NCBI GenBank assembly: GCA_964016885.1
Contig: OZ024741.1
Span: forward strand, 200,260,001-200,324,000
Length of the DNA stretch: 64,000 bases
Reading direction: 5' to 3'
Source of the DNA: Eledone cirrhosa
Lineage: Eukaryota
Shown in pieces: positions 37,930 through 49,794 of this stretch (positions are counted from its first letter, which is position 1; each line of letters starts with the position of its first letter). The notes beneath the pieces were generated by a model. The model was given only the letters and a program-made list of their open reading frames with translations. It was not told the origin of the DNA and searched no databases. The position numbers and the translations under genes were made by a program.

Positions 37930-39210
37930 ACTCCTTATTCTTGTATTTCTTTCGGTCATGACCATTATTGGAGGAGATCCCACGGAAAACTTATCTCCTA
38001 TGATTGGAAGGAGACAGATCTTCTCCATAACATGTCATTAGCCCCAGGCTGGAAGTCAAAGCTGGAAGCATGGATAGACCTGGAAGGTGAACTCGTAATA
38101 CCCAAAAGGTGCAGTCCTAGAGTCATTGAGAAAAAGGTTAACATTCTGGAAGATTCTCTCAGGAGTGTGAATAAGGTTCTGTGCAATAACTGTAACATGA
38201 ATTATTTAAACTTTGTTGATCGCCCACAACCTCCAATTCATCTATGTCAAAAGCAGTTCCTGGGCTTCATTTTAGGGGCTGTTGGCACTGGGCTAGAGTC
38301 CGCAGCCCTAATAAAGGTGGAGAACCCTCAGACTCAACCCAACAGCAACTTTCAGCATATACAACAAACCTTGAGAGCTCAAACATATAGTTTCACATAT
38401 TCTGAGAGATCAGCTCTTCACAATAGCCTGAGCTGAATCTGCCGTTCAGAATGAAACAAAGGGAAATTTGAACGCAAGGTGCATACGCAGTAGAATTCCA
38501 CAAGGTTCAAGTGAGTTAAAACACGAGCTATCAAAGCATTGGAGGGAGCCATATAATTCCCCAGTGTGCTGGGCTTGAAGAACACTATATGTCCCTCCTA
38601 CATGAGCATGAGAATAAGGCTGCTCTAGAATTTCTGTCAGGCCATATCCTGGAATGGGTTAATGAGAGTTAGGAAAGCTGACAGAGGGGAAGCCAAACAT
38701 CAAGACATCCTCAATTCCCTCCAAGAACCCCCTCCCCATATTGTTTTCATCAGCTCAACTCATTATTGAGTGTATGGAGACCTCTTCCAGGGTCGGTCTT
38801 ATCCCTTGGCCAAGATAACCTTTGCTCCTAACTTCAAGCAAGGAACCTCTGAATCCGTTTTCAGTATTATCAACAATATTATTTTTCAGGGAAAGTATGT
38901 CTATGAACTTTTTGATCACATCAGATGCACCACCAGGGATCAACAATTCAATTACCTCTCTCCTAATTTGTGAGACACGGATTGTACAAGCTCGTTATCT
39001 TTGAAGATTTGTGCGGGGGTGCCCTTTTAGCGTCTTTAACAGAGAACCTCAATGTGAATGCATAAAGTATATTTTAGAGGATTTTATCTGGTTACATGGA
39101 ACACGCAGGATCACTAAGATATGTCATAATCCTGATACCAAAGAAGTTATCAATCTGCGCGAGAGCACTCTGATGGTGGTTCCAGTCGGAGGATGCTTTT
39201 AGATTATCGA
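37930..39210 (+). pseudogene. Decayed class I viral fusion glycoprotein (F/Env-like), endogenous viral or retroelement-derived
   Basis: CQKQ-FLGFILGAVGTGLESAAL (eroded furin site plus fusion peptide), then a heptad-like segment and a Cys-rich C-terminal region spread over frameshifted ORFs. Confidence 0.65.
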
Positions 39211-39299
39211 ACAGTGACTTATGGCCAGAAAGAGAAAGCTAGTTATTCCAGGATTAGAAAATTGGTATTATTTGCACTTGGAAAATTAAAAAAGTAACA

Positions 39300-40168
39300 A
39301 GCACATTCATATCCTAATGGGAGACTTCAAGGCTCATGTTGACACTGAAAACCTGACATGGAAAGGAGTGATTAGAAGGAATGGTGAACCCAATCTAAAT
39401 ACGAATGGAGAGGCCTTATTTGACTTCTGTTCTAGCAATGGACTCTCTATTATAAATGCCTTCTTCAAGCACAGAAACATCCATAAATATACTTGGTATA
39501 AGGGGAATCAAGGACAGAGATCAATAATATCGATTTTGTTATTGTCTCTTATCTCTTCAATTTTGTGTTAGACGTTTGTGTTAAGAGAGGGGCTGAGCTG
39601 TCATCTGATCACCATCTAGTTATCTGCAACTTCAGACTACCTAAAGCCTAAGAATCCCACAAAACTGGCTGGTTCAGGGCAACCTACCAGATAAAGTGGG
39701 ACCAGATATGTAGATACTATTGCATCCAAATTCAGAGAACTCCCTGAGCAAACTGAGCACATTGAAATGGAGTGGAGATGGTTCAGCTGTTATATGTTGT
39801 GGGCAAAATAGGCTTGGTGTGGCGCTGGATAACAGGAAAACCCTGTGGTTCAATCAAGAGGTGAAAGATGCGATTCGAGCAAAGATGGAGGCATACAAAG
39901 TTTGGCTTGGAAATAAGTGCTCCTTTTTTTGTATTTGCCATACAAGTAGGAACGAAGAATCATAGCAGTCAGTAAAGGCGTCTAAAATTAAGACATGGGA
40001 AGACTTTGGGGTGAAGCTGGAATCTGATTTCAGATCAGTAAATAAAGTGTTGTGGCAGACCATCTGCTAACTTTGTAATATGAAGCCCTCCACACATGCT
40101 ATCAGAGATGCGTCTGGGGTTCTCTCTTCAGAGAGCTGTATCCTTGCAAGGTGGAAAGAATACTTTGT
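39300..40168 (+). mobile_element. RTE (Rex3/Expander-like) LINE fragment, AP endonuclease and linker
   Basis: MGDFKAHV..WKGVIRRNG..FDFCSSNGLSIINAFFKHRNIHKYTW, SDHHLV, WFNQEVKDAIRAK. Confidence 0.88.
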
Positions 40169-40174
40169 TCATAT

Positions 40175-40913
40175 CATTTGAGCAGAGACTGGAGGGGAAG
40201 TGGCTGTATCCCCAAGGGCTTACCAAGGAGACAAGTGGCTATGAGTATTACACTCATGCGAAGTGCTTCAGCTCCCAGGTTCATACTGGCTCATCAAAGG
40301 ATGCTTGCAGTGTGAAACATGCTGGTTTCGTGCCACCTCACCTTCTAAGATTACTGACTTTCAACATGTAGTGAATAGTGGTGCTTACCTGACCAAGGAG
40401 TTGACCTTTCCCAGCCCAGGTCCTGAGCCAGGCCCGTTGTCTTCCTGGGCTTGGTGGGCTTTAGTCAGCTAGGTCTGGTTACCATGGTTGGACCTCTGGC
40501 TAAGCTTAATCTTGATACATGTCTCCCATGAGTGGATGAAAAATAGTGTCTATGGGCAAATATACATTGAATACTGGAATGACAATGGGGAGCCGAAGAT
40601 CCTGAAATTTGAGAAGGGGAAGGCCTGTGCCTATCAATTGAGGACAATCAACATTAACAGTACTAGAGGAATCAGGGTTTGGATTGCCTATGTGTCCAAT
40701 TTCCAATACCAGGATCAGATTGTAGATCTAATCTGGCATAGAGTAAGGAATTGGAAATGCGAGCATGATAAGGTGGTCACACTGTTCATCACCTTTGTGG
40801 TGTCCATGCAGTTCCACAGGGAAAGGATCTTACTCCTGATGAAAGAGCAGAACTCCATGGTCACGAGGCCCAGCAACTTGTTGGCAATGAAAAAGCTCCA
40901 CTCTTGCATGTAA
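40175..40913 (+). pseudogene. Unassigned decayed coding region, possibly a second glycoprotein C-terminus plus a downstream ORF
   Basis: GKWLYPQG..LQLPGSYWLIKGCLQCETC..SSWAWWALVS, then a 141-codon open frame (40488..40913). More GC-rich than the downstream flank. Confidence 0.35.
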
Positions 40914-42644
40914 CTACATTCTAAGCCTAAATGATGACTGATAAACTATATTTTAAAAAATTAAGAATTCTCAACAATACATTAAATAAAACAATAGAAA
41001 CAATTCCCTTTGATTTGTCATGAAACCACCAACGTACATTCAGGACTCTGTATAATGCAGGTACTTATTTTAATACCCTGCACCTCAACACCAAAGAAAG
41101 AAAGGGAAAAATCAGCTCCAGCTTACACTCAAAACTGAAGTCTCATGCTAAATAATTCTATAATATTAATAGAAGGAAAATAGATATAAGTTTGCAATCA
41201 TAATAACAATGTTTTTCTTTCAGCTTTGGCATTAAGCCAAAAACTGTACAGAGGAACTTACACATTTCTAGCACTTATCTTATCAACCCAACACAGATGA
41301 TAAGCAAAGTTGTCTTGGCAGGATTTGAACGTAGAATATAAAGGGACGTAACTGATCTACCAAATTTCATTGCCTTTAAAAGTAATAATGATTTCTTACA
41401 TTGGTGCAAGGCCACGAATTTGTTTGGGGCTCGTATAGTTAGTTAACCTAACCCAATTACAAACATGATACCTATTTTTCTGATCCCAGAAGGGTGAAAG
41501 GCCTAGTTGACTGTAATGAGATTTGGTCACAGAACAGAGAAAATGAACTAAATACTATTTCTTTAAGCCCCTATTTTATTACTTCTGCCACCTCATTAAC
41601 TTAATAATAATGCTGATTTCTAATTCAGGCACAAAGCCAGCAATCTGGGTGAGGGAAAAGTCGGTTACATCGATCCCAGTTTTTAACTTCTACTATATCT
41701 TATCAACACCAGAAGGGTGAAAGGCGAAATTGATCTCAGAACATAAAGTATTGGCGAAATTAGCACATGCCATTCTACCAATCACTGTAAAGATTCTTCC
41801 AATCCACCAACCTCATAATATTTTACACAGGTACAAGGCAAGAAATTTAGGAGGAGGGGTTAGTCGATTAAATCGATCTCACTACATGACTGGTACTTTA
41901 TTTTATTGATCCTGGAAGAATGAAAAGTAAAGTTAACCTCGGCAGGATTTAAACTCAGAATATAAAGAGTTAGAATTAAATACTGCAATGCCTTTTTTCT
42001 GAAGCTCTAATGATTCTACTAATCTGCTTTCCTAACAATTGTTTCTATATTTGGCACAAGGCCAATAACTTGAAGGGAAGAGAAAAGTCCATTAAATCGT
42101 CCTCAGTTCATTACGGGTGCTTATTTCATCAATCCCGTAAGGACAAAAGGCAAAGCGAAATTTGGCAGGATTTGAACTCAGAACGTAAGTATATGCCGTA
42201 CTGGTGCTGCCAATGCACTGCCTTTGGTGCCCTAATAATAAGAATAATCATTTCCAATTTAGGCACAGGGACAAAAATTTGGGAGTGGGATTATTAATCT
42301 CTGAAATCAACCACAATACTTCACTGGTACTTATTTTATCAACCCCAGAAGGCTGAAAATCATAGATGACCTCAGAACATAAAGAGCTGAAACAAATACA
42401 AGATATTTTCTCCAACACTCTAATGATTCTACTAATGGCCACTTAAGATATCTTTAGAGCTGTTTGTTGTTAATGAGATGTTAGATTGAATTGAGTAATG
42501 TTTCAATGTCTTTGGTGATACAGCAGTGGTCAGTATAAGAAAATCAAGGATGATTTCACTTTATGAAGAAAAGGCCACAGTTAATAAGTCTCATATAATG
42601 TCTAAATGAATGTGTTGATTTATTTTTTGTTTTATCCAGCACTG

Positions 42645-42883
42645 CTAGCAGAGGTTAGCAGAGTTATTGTCCTCACAGCTTTGACACACTCTAACTGGAT
42701 AGTCCCAACCTCGATGTGGTACACAGCTCTTGTTTGGAGAGCATTTGTTGCAAACCACTTTACCACAATTACGGCAATGATGTTTAGATACTTTAGTACC
42801 AAATTCTGCATTACATACTGCACAATGTGTTACTGTTTCATCAGGGATCCAGTATGCTGGACGTACACTGTCTTTGATGATTC
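42645..42883 (-). CDS. ZFYVE1: ZFYVE1/DFCP1 last coding exon (second FYVE domain)
   Basis: AG acceptor at 42885-42884, phase 1. IIKDSVRPAYWIPD..CAVC..SKHHCRNCG..RGWDYPVRVCQSC, TAG stop at 42647-42645. Confidence 0.96.
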
Positions 42884-43975
42884 CTAAAATAAGAATAATA
42901 AAAAAAATGTTATATAGGTGAGATATATTAAATTCTTCAGCCTGCAAAACATATAAACTTAATGATTGCACTTTCAAATATTAGCTTCTGATATTGATAC
43001 AAGGCAACAAATTTGTAGCAAAGCATATAATGAATTTGACTGTTGCATGCATCTGATAGTAGCTATATAAATCCTATAACCCTGATAGTAGCTTTGTAAA
43101 TCATTATGCAAAATTTCTGTTTTAAAAATAATCTGTAATTATCAATTTCATTGTAAAAATAAACAATTTATAAAAAAAAAAAATGATCGATAAGATCCCA
43201 GACCTCATTCGTATACCGAGTGGGATGGAACCAAGGAAACAATGTTTCTATTGGTCTTAATTATCTGATATTATCTACTGGTTGCAACTCCTGGCAGAAA
43301 AACCAACGCAAAATAATTTCTTGCTCAAGGACATAATACATTGTTTGTCCAGGAATCCAACTTGCAACCTCACAATTGCAAATTCTCTAACTACTAAGCC
43401 GTCTGCCTTCACAACAATTTATAAAGGAGGGGTAAAAGATTTATATTTATGATTTTCTTGGTGATATCAGTAGTGCAACTGGAGTGGATTGGGTTCATTA
43501 GGAGGAAAAACAGCTTATACACTTGGCTAGTCTTTTCTTAACCTTTTTGATACCAAGTTCTACAAAACAAATCACCATAATTTATATTTATCTAGAAACC
43601 TTCCAACATGTAAAACACTTTATGTTCCAAACACCAACTTCATAATGAGAAAGTTATATTACTAAATCCCTCTACATTTTTTAATATTTTCAAAATGATT
43701 TGAAAATTATAGGCTGCATATTTCATTAGAAATATTGTAACATCTTATATTCTACAAAAAATTTCAATAGAGAGTTGAGATGAATTAAGAAAAATGAAAT
43801 AATTGAAGTGAAATTAAAATGTTCAACATTTATAGAAGATGAGATTAATATTTCAAAATATTTTTTGAAATGCTAAAGATAGTACATTTAAAAGATAATG
43901 AAGGTGCAATAAAATTTCTAGAAAACATTTCTGATAACATAAATATAAATCATAAACTATACAAGTTAATCTTAC

Positions 43976-44095
43976 CTAATGGATAATCAACAATGGATGC
44001 TACTGCACCAATAGTGCTCCCCAAAACTTCCCCAACTTTACGTGCAGTCACTGGTGTTGAGTGAGATGGACTTGTTGATGGTTTGTGATTGGTTA
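43976..44095 (-). CDS. ZFYVE1: ZFYVE1 coding exon (inter-FYVE linker)
   Basis: 120 bp, AG/GT, phase 1-1. VTARKVGEVLGSTIGAVASIVDYPL. Confidence 0.93.
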
Positions 44096-44609
44096 CTAAA
44101 AATAAAACAAGAAGTAGTTTGAAATTACAATTTACTAAATTGTGTACAAGTGATTAAAGTCAAGATCACAAATTTTGAAAATACTCAGAATATTTAAACG
44201 TTAGCTAATAGCTGCATGGACCAGATATAATATATGTGTGTATGTGCGCATGTCTGTATAGGTATTCCTGCATGTCATAGAAAGTGATTAAGAAGGTTTA
44301 TGTCAGGAAAGGCATCCACCTGTAAAATATCAAATATCAAAATGTCTTGTCTAACTTGTGCCAGCATGGACATCAAATTGGTAATAATGATGATATAATT
44401 GAGTAAATATCGAATTTCTTAAAGTAATTTTTCAGTCAACTATTACAGATACTACTTTCAAGGAGCTGAAGTTGACACAACAATCCAAAATATCAATAAA
44501 CAGAAGACTAAATGAATTCTAAATAAATGAAAGTAACACAACAAATTAGAGAAATAATACCAATATTTCACTGGATAAAAAAAAACATTTCATATTACCA
44601 AAACAGTAG

Positions 44610-44915
44610 AGACAGTAAGAGGACTTTGGGGTTAAGCTAGAATCAGACTTCAGATCAGCAAATAAAGTGTTTTCGCAGACCATCCGCCAACTTCGTAATA
44701 TGAAGCCCTCCACACCTGCTATCAGGGATGCGTCTGGGGTTCTCCTCTCTTCAGAGAGGTGCATCCTCGTGAGGTGGATAGAATATTTTGCTGAACTCCT
44801 AAACCCGATCACAACAGCATCTTCCGATGTACACGAGGTGCAACTGGAAGCGGTGATAAATCTCTCAGAGGCTGAGGTCACAAGAGCAGTTAAAGAGCTT
44901 AAATGTGGCATAACC
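44610..44915 (+). mobile_element. RTE (Rex3/Expander-like) LINE internal fragment
   Basis: Same family as 39990-40168. FSQTIRQLR..RWIEYFAELLNP..EAEVTRAVKELK. Confidence 0.82.
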
Positions 44916-45370
44916 ACTGGAGGAGGAGGAGAAGAAGAAAAAGGGAGGAAGAGGAAGAGAAGGAGAAGGCTCTTGTCTCCCCTCATTCTCACTTCTACTC
45001 TATGAATCTTTATACAAAGTTCTCTTATTCGATCGTTTGCTTTCAAAGTGCTCCAAGCAAAAATTCAAGAAACTTGTTGAAACTTCACATAATGGAAACT
45101 CATTACATAGTGGAGTTGTGAAACAAAAACTATATATTAAACAACACTTAAAATATTTTAAACATCAACATTTTTTAATTTCATAAATGTATTCATGACA
45201 ATTTCAAAACCACAACTTGGCCTATAATTTGGAATTTTGCCCCTTTCTTAGACTTAAAATAAGTGATGGAGGGGGAGGGGGGGGGGACTTACATTCAGAT
45301 TGGCTTATATTCGAGTATATACAGTAACTCATTTTTATAGTATTTCAGAATTCTGTACAAAAACATTTAC

Positions 45371-45545
45371 CATTATTTCTTTCTAGATGACAGTTATCAC
45401 AGGTTCTCACTAATGTGTCACCCCAGCCTCGTTCAGGTACAGGGTCTTTGTGGTTGGAGCAACTATCACAAAAGCCTTTCCCACAACCTCGGCAGTGGTG
45501 CTTCTGCTCATTTGCTTCAAATAATTTCTCACAATTTGTACAGTG
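45371..45545 (-). CDS. ZFYVE1: ZFYVE1 coding exon (first FYVE domain)
   Basis: 175 bp, AG/GT, phase 0-1. HCTNC..QKHHCRGCGKGFCDSCS..VPERGWG..VRTCDNC. Confidence 0.96.
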
Positions 45546-45804
45546 CTGAAAGATAAAATGGCAACTGTATAGTTGAAAGACAATTATTACATATTTCATT
45601 TAGTAAAACTTGATTTTGAAAAGCTGGTTATTTGGAGTAATAATTGTAACATTTAGAGGATCAATTATAACATTTTAATTAAATACAAGTTTCTTTTAAT
45701 GAAGCATACGACCCATACTTTTTAGAGAAGGGAAATTAGGATATTATGACATTTATTCTTGTTGATAGAACATCAATGATATAAGTGAAGAGGAGCAATT
45801 TTAA

Positions 45805-46052
45805 CCCTTTTGATACCAAACCATCTGAAACTACCTTGGTTCTGTGATAAACATCTGTCTATTTTAAAGTTTTTGTATTTATTTAACCATTCCATCAGAA
45901 TTTTATGTAACAATCTTTAAGTTATGTTAAAAAGAACAACTTAATAGTAAAAAAGTTACTTATACCATTAAATTCATCCAAATTCTTAATTATTTTCAAA
46001 ATGATTTGAAAGTTATAGAGTATCTTTCACTAGAAATATGGTCATGAAAGGG
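45805..46052. mobile_element. piggyBac-type MITE (~250 bp)
   Basis: TTAA|CCCTTT ... AAAGGG|TTAA. Related copies near 30090, 35820, 36757, 43540, 46260, 46615, 54727, 61507 and 61931. Confidence 0.8.
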
Positions 46053-46841
46053 TTAACTATAAATTAATATTGAATCGTGATCTACAGCATTTGATCCAGA
46101 TATAAACTAAATATTGACTTCTTACATTGGTATTAAAAAATAATTTAGTAAAGAAGTTTAGGTAAATTGAACAAGTATATGACTGGTATTTATTTTATAA
46201 TTTACATGACATGGAATTAAACGTTGTAAGGTCTGATACTTTTGCCAACTTATTATATTTACTCTTTCATAACCATATTTTTAAAGAAATACACTTTTCT
46301 AAGTTCCAGTTCACCTTGAAAATAATGAAGAATTTATCTAATGTTTTGATTAATTGGGAATATTAGCCAGCATTTAGTGCATACAAAATTTTCACATAAA
46401 ATTATAATGGAATGTTTTAAATTTAAATATAAACATTTTTAAATAGATGATCTTGTATCATAAAATCAGGAGGTGAGGTACAAAAGGGTTTAAATTTGAT
46501 CTGCTAATAATTTTAAATAATTGTTACTGGTTCAGTATCTAACTTAGAAGGGTTAAATAGAAGTATCTAATAAAGAGAATTTTGTTTAGCAGGTAATTTT
46601 AGTTAAACCCATTTAACCCTTTCATTACTGTATTTCTGATAAATTAGATAGTGAAGAATTTGGAGATATTTACTAATGTTAGTTATTTCATTATTAAGAG
46701 GGTATTTGTAACTTAACAAAAGTAAAAATATGTTGGAAGGTTTTAATTTAAAAAGAAACCTTAAAATGGATGATTTTGTTTCATAGAACTAATGACAGTT
46801 TTAACTAGTTTGGTATCATAAGGGTTGAGTAGATATATATA

Positions 46842-47180
46842 GCCCACACTGTAAAGTGGCCAGCACACACTGAAAAGTGGTCGTATAGGTGTCAAGACAA
46901 AAAAGCACCCAGCTCGGACTGTAAAGTGGTCATGTAGGTGTCACAACAAAAAGCATCCAGCTCACAATGTAAAGTGGTCGTAAAGGTGTCACAACAAAAA
47001 GCACCCAGTAGACACAGTAAATGTGGTTGGCGTTATGAAGTGCATCCAGCTGAAGAAACGAAGCTGAAATCAGTTCTATGTGAGCAAAACATGGTCACCT
47101 GACCTGACATTTCTCACAACAGGATAACTCATCTAACCCATGCGAATGTGAAAAAAATCGACATTAAATGGTGATGATGA
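46842..47180 (+). mobile_element. Diverged RTE LINE 3' UTR with about four copies of the 50-bp module
   Basis: Repeated CACTGTAAAGTGGTCGTA..AAAAAGCACCCAG followed by the RTE tail. Confidence 0.75.
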
Positions 47181-47249
47181 ATCACTCATTGGTCAGACAA
47201 TCTTTCCAAGTTACATTCAAAGCCCCTTTTAGTATGCGAGTGTAGGCTC

Positions 47250-47650
47250 CATCCAATTTTCTTTCCAATTTTGAGGTAAGGATCCATGCTGGTAAGCAGT
47301 CATATAATAGAAGAGGTAACAGTTGCTTGAAAGAGACTCTTTTTCATCTTGTCTGTATGTCTAGATTTCCACACTAGAGATAACATGCCGATGGCGCCCA
47401 GTATTAGACATCATCAAAGAGTGTAGAGTCAGATTTACAGGGCATTGCTGGAGAACTAAAGGTTGTTAGTACAGTTCTTCTGTGGGAGCCTACACAAGGA
47501 AGAGCTAGCAGAGGACAATGAACCAAGACCTATATCAAGCAGATTTGTGACGACATAAACTACAATCCCTCTGACTTGTCGAACATGATGAACAATAGAA
47601 TTGGATGGCGACAATGTCACGGGAATCCATGCAAGCAGCGGAACCTTTTG
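47250..47650 (+). mobile_element. Old RTE LINE 3' fragment, related to the 2244-3035 family
   Basis: Reads GHCWR..VLLWEPTQGRASRG with stops and frameshifts. Confidence 0.6.
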
Positions 47651-47802
47651 AGATATATATGAGTTGTAATTAACTGGAATAACACATACTGGTTAGTTAC
47701 ATTTTACAGAAATTATTGAACTGAAGAAATAGTATTATTTCATAACTTATTTCTTTCTTTCTTTATTTATTTATTACAACTTATGAAAAATAGTGTCTTG
47801 GC

Positions 47803-48170
47803 TCATCATCATCATCATCATCACCGTTTTACGTCCGTTCTTCCACGCTAGCATGGGTTAGACGGGTTGTCCTGTTGTGGGCTGACCATGCCTTGCTCAT
47901 ACAGGAACTGATTTGGCTTGATTTCTACAGCTGGATGCCCTTCCTAACACCAACCTCATTTACAGTGAGTGCTGGGTGCTTTTTTGCCGTGGCACCTCCA
48001 CGACCACCTTGCGGTGGGGGGTGTGGGGGCATATTGTCTATATGCTTCAGCTGGTACCCATGGGAGGTCGGGTACTCTGTATTACTGCGTGATGCCAGAG
48101 GTTACGGTCGTGTGTCATTGCCTTTGAGAGGTGTAATTGGGTAAGGTCGGCTTTTATCACCTCATCCCAT
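47803..48170 (-). mobile_element. RTE LINE 3' end
   Basis: WDEVIKADLTQLHLSKAMTHDRNLW, then the 3' UTR with one 50-bp module and the (ATG)n tail. Confidence 0.9.
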
Positions 48171-48457
48171 TGGCTATAGGTTTCAAACAAGCCAATAACT
48201 GGTTTACTGCATTTCTGACAAGGGAGTATCACCATTTTCTTTTTAGTTTCTTGGTGGTGTTTATGTCCTTTGCCGATATTCATTGGTGAAAAATATACAC
48301 ATACAGATAAATCATATACACATACAACAGGTTTCAACATTAGTTTCCATCTATCAAATTTGAAAGATAATGGAAAAAGCAGAAGCTATAGTGGAAGAGA
48401 CTTCAATTGAATGAATGTTAGGTAGTGATTCTCCAATTCTAAACAAAAACAACTCAC

Positions 48458-48628
48458 AGCAATAAGTGCATTAGGAATCCAATAGCTTGGTGCAATTTGG
48501 TCTGTCATCCAGTCAGCTAGCACTTTGGTAGGTTTAGCACCAACACTACTGACAGTATCAGCAACATAATGAAATCCATCAAGCAATTTTCGAGCAGCAT
48601 TGTGGGCCCCTTGCATGTTGCGTTGGTC
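48458..48628 (-). CDS. ZFYVE1: ZFYVE1 coding exon
   Basis: 171 bp, AG/GT, phase 0-0. NAARKLLDG..KPTKVLADWMTDQIAPSYWIPN. Confidence 0.95.
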
Positions 48629-49794
48629 CTAGTAAAAGATAAAAGTTAATCCTAATAAAAAAAGAATAGGTTGTAAAATTATAAGAGAATTACATCTGCA
48701 GTCTAACATCTATGAGCTTGGATGGTCTTGCTTAGGGATATAGCTGGATCAGTTGGAAACAGTTGCTTCTAACAGGACTTGCTGGAAGGTCTGCTTAACG
48801 ACTCTGCTTCTTGGGAATAAGTAGGAGAAATGGGAGAAGAAGAAAAAGAAGTATGGTTGCACCTATTTTACACAGCAGAGTAAACAGGTTTTAATGCTGT
48901 TGCCTCATTCAAATCTATACACACCTTTTTCCAGATATGCTGCACACATGAACACACATAGCTAAAAAATACCCAAACATACACCCTCCTCCCACTTCCC
49001 TTAAAAAAAAATCACAAAATGTCAGGTAGCGACTAAATAATTCCAAACAACTGACTGTCAGTCAATGACTTAAACACAAACACATAAACTTTTCCAAAAA
49101 GTGTCAAGCTTGAAGGCACATAAAATAACACTACACAACCCTCAGTCACTGATATATATATACACACATACATACAAATAAAAAAAAGAAGTCTTTTGAA
49201 TGCACACTAAATAACTTCACACAACAGCCTTAGAGAGACAGAGCAACTGAATATGAAAACATGGGTTGTATAAAAGTCAGAAATATGATATAAAATATAA
49301 TATAATGAATTCATTAAGCTAAGATACAAATACAGTTATTCATGTAGATTTAGAATTACATAGATTAGAAAAAAAAAAATTTATTAGTATAAATTAGCAG
49401 CTACTTAGCTAATACTATTTAATGGGTCATGAAGAAATAATATATAAATCAATAATTTAGGGTTAATTTATTTAATTTTATTTCAATTAAATTATATAAT
49501 GTTTGCAACAAACAGAATAATCAAATAATGAAAGGGGGTGAGGGAATATTGCTATCGGGGCAGTATACCTCAGCTGCGCCCAAGATGACAAAAACACTGC
49601 TGCAGAAAACAACCAGCAACACCTGCTGCATCAGCCACTCCACCTCACAGAGTTCTTTCCTCAAGTAGGATGCACTACTTCCAATTTTGCAGAGAAAAAC
49701 AGCAGTTCAGGGACACTATAGGTCTTGACAGTAATGAGTTTCAAAATTATATATTCATCATTTATAAATTTATAAATATATATATATATATAAG

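Noticed and set aside
42618-42626. AATAAA (minus strand) just after the ZFYVE1 stop as the poly(A) signal
   Set aside because: The hexamer is common in this AT-rich DNA and cannot be assigned without transcript data.
42700-45510. FYVE motifs QKHHCR and SKHHCR deviating from canonical R(R/K)HHCR
   Set aside because: This deviation is the normal state for ZFYVE1 orthologues as I recall them, so it is not novel.
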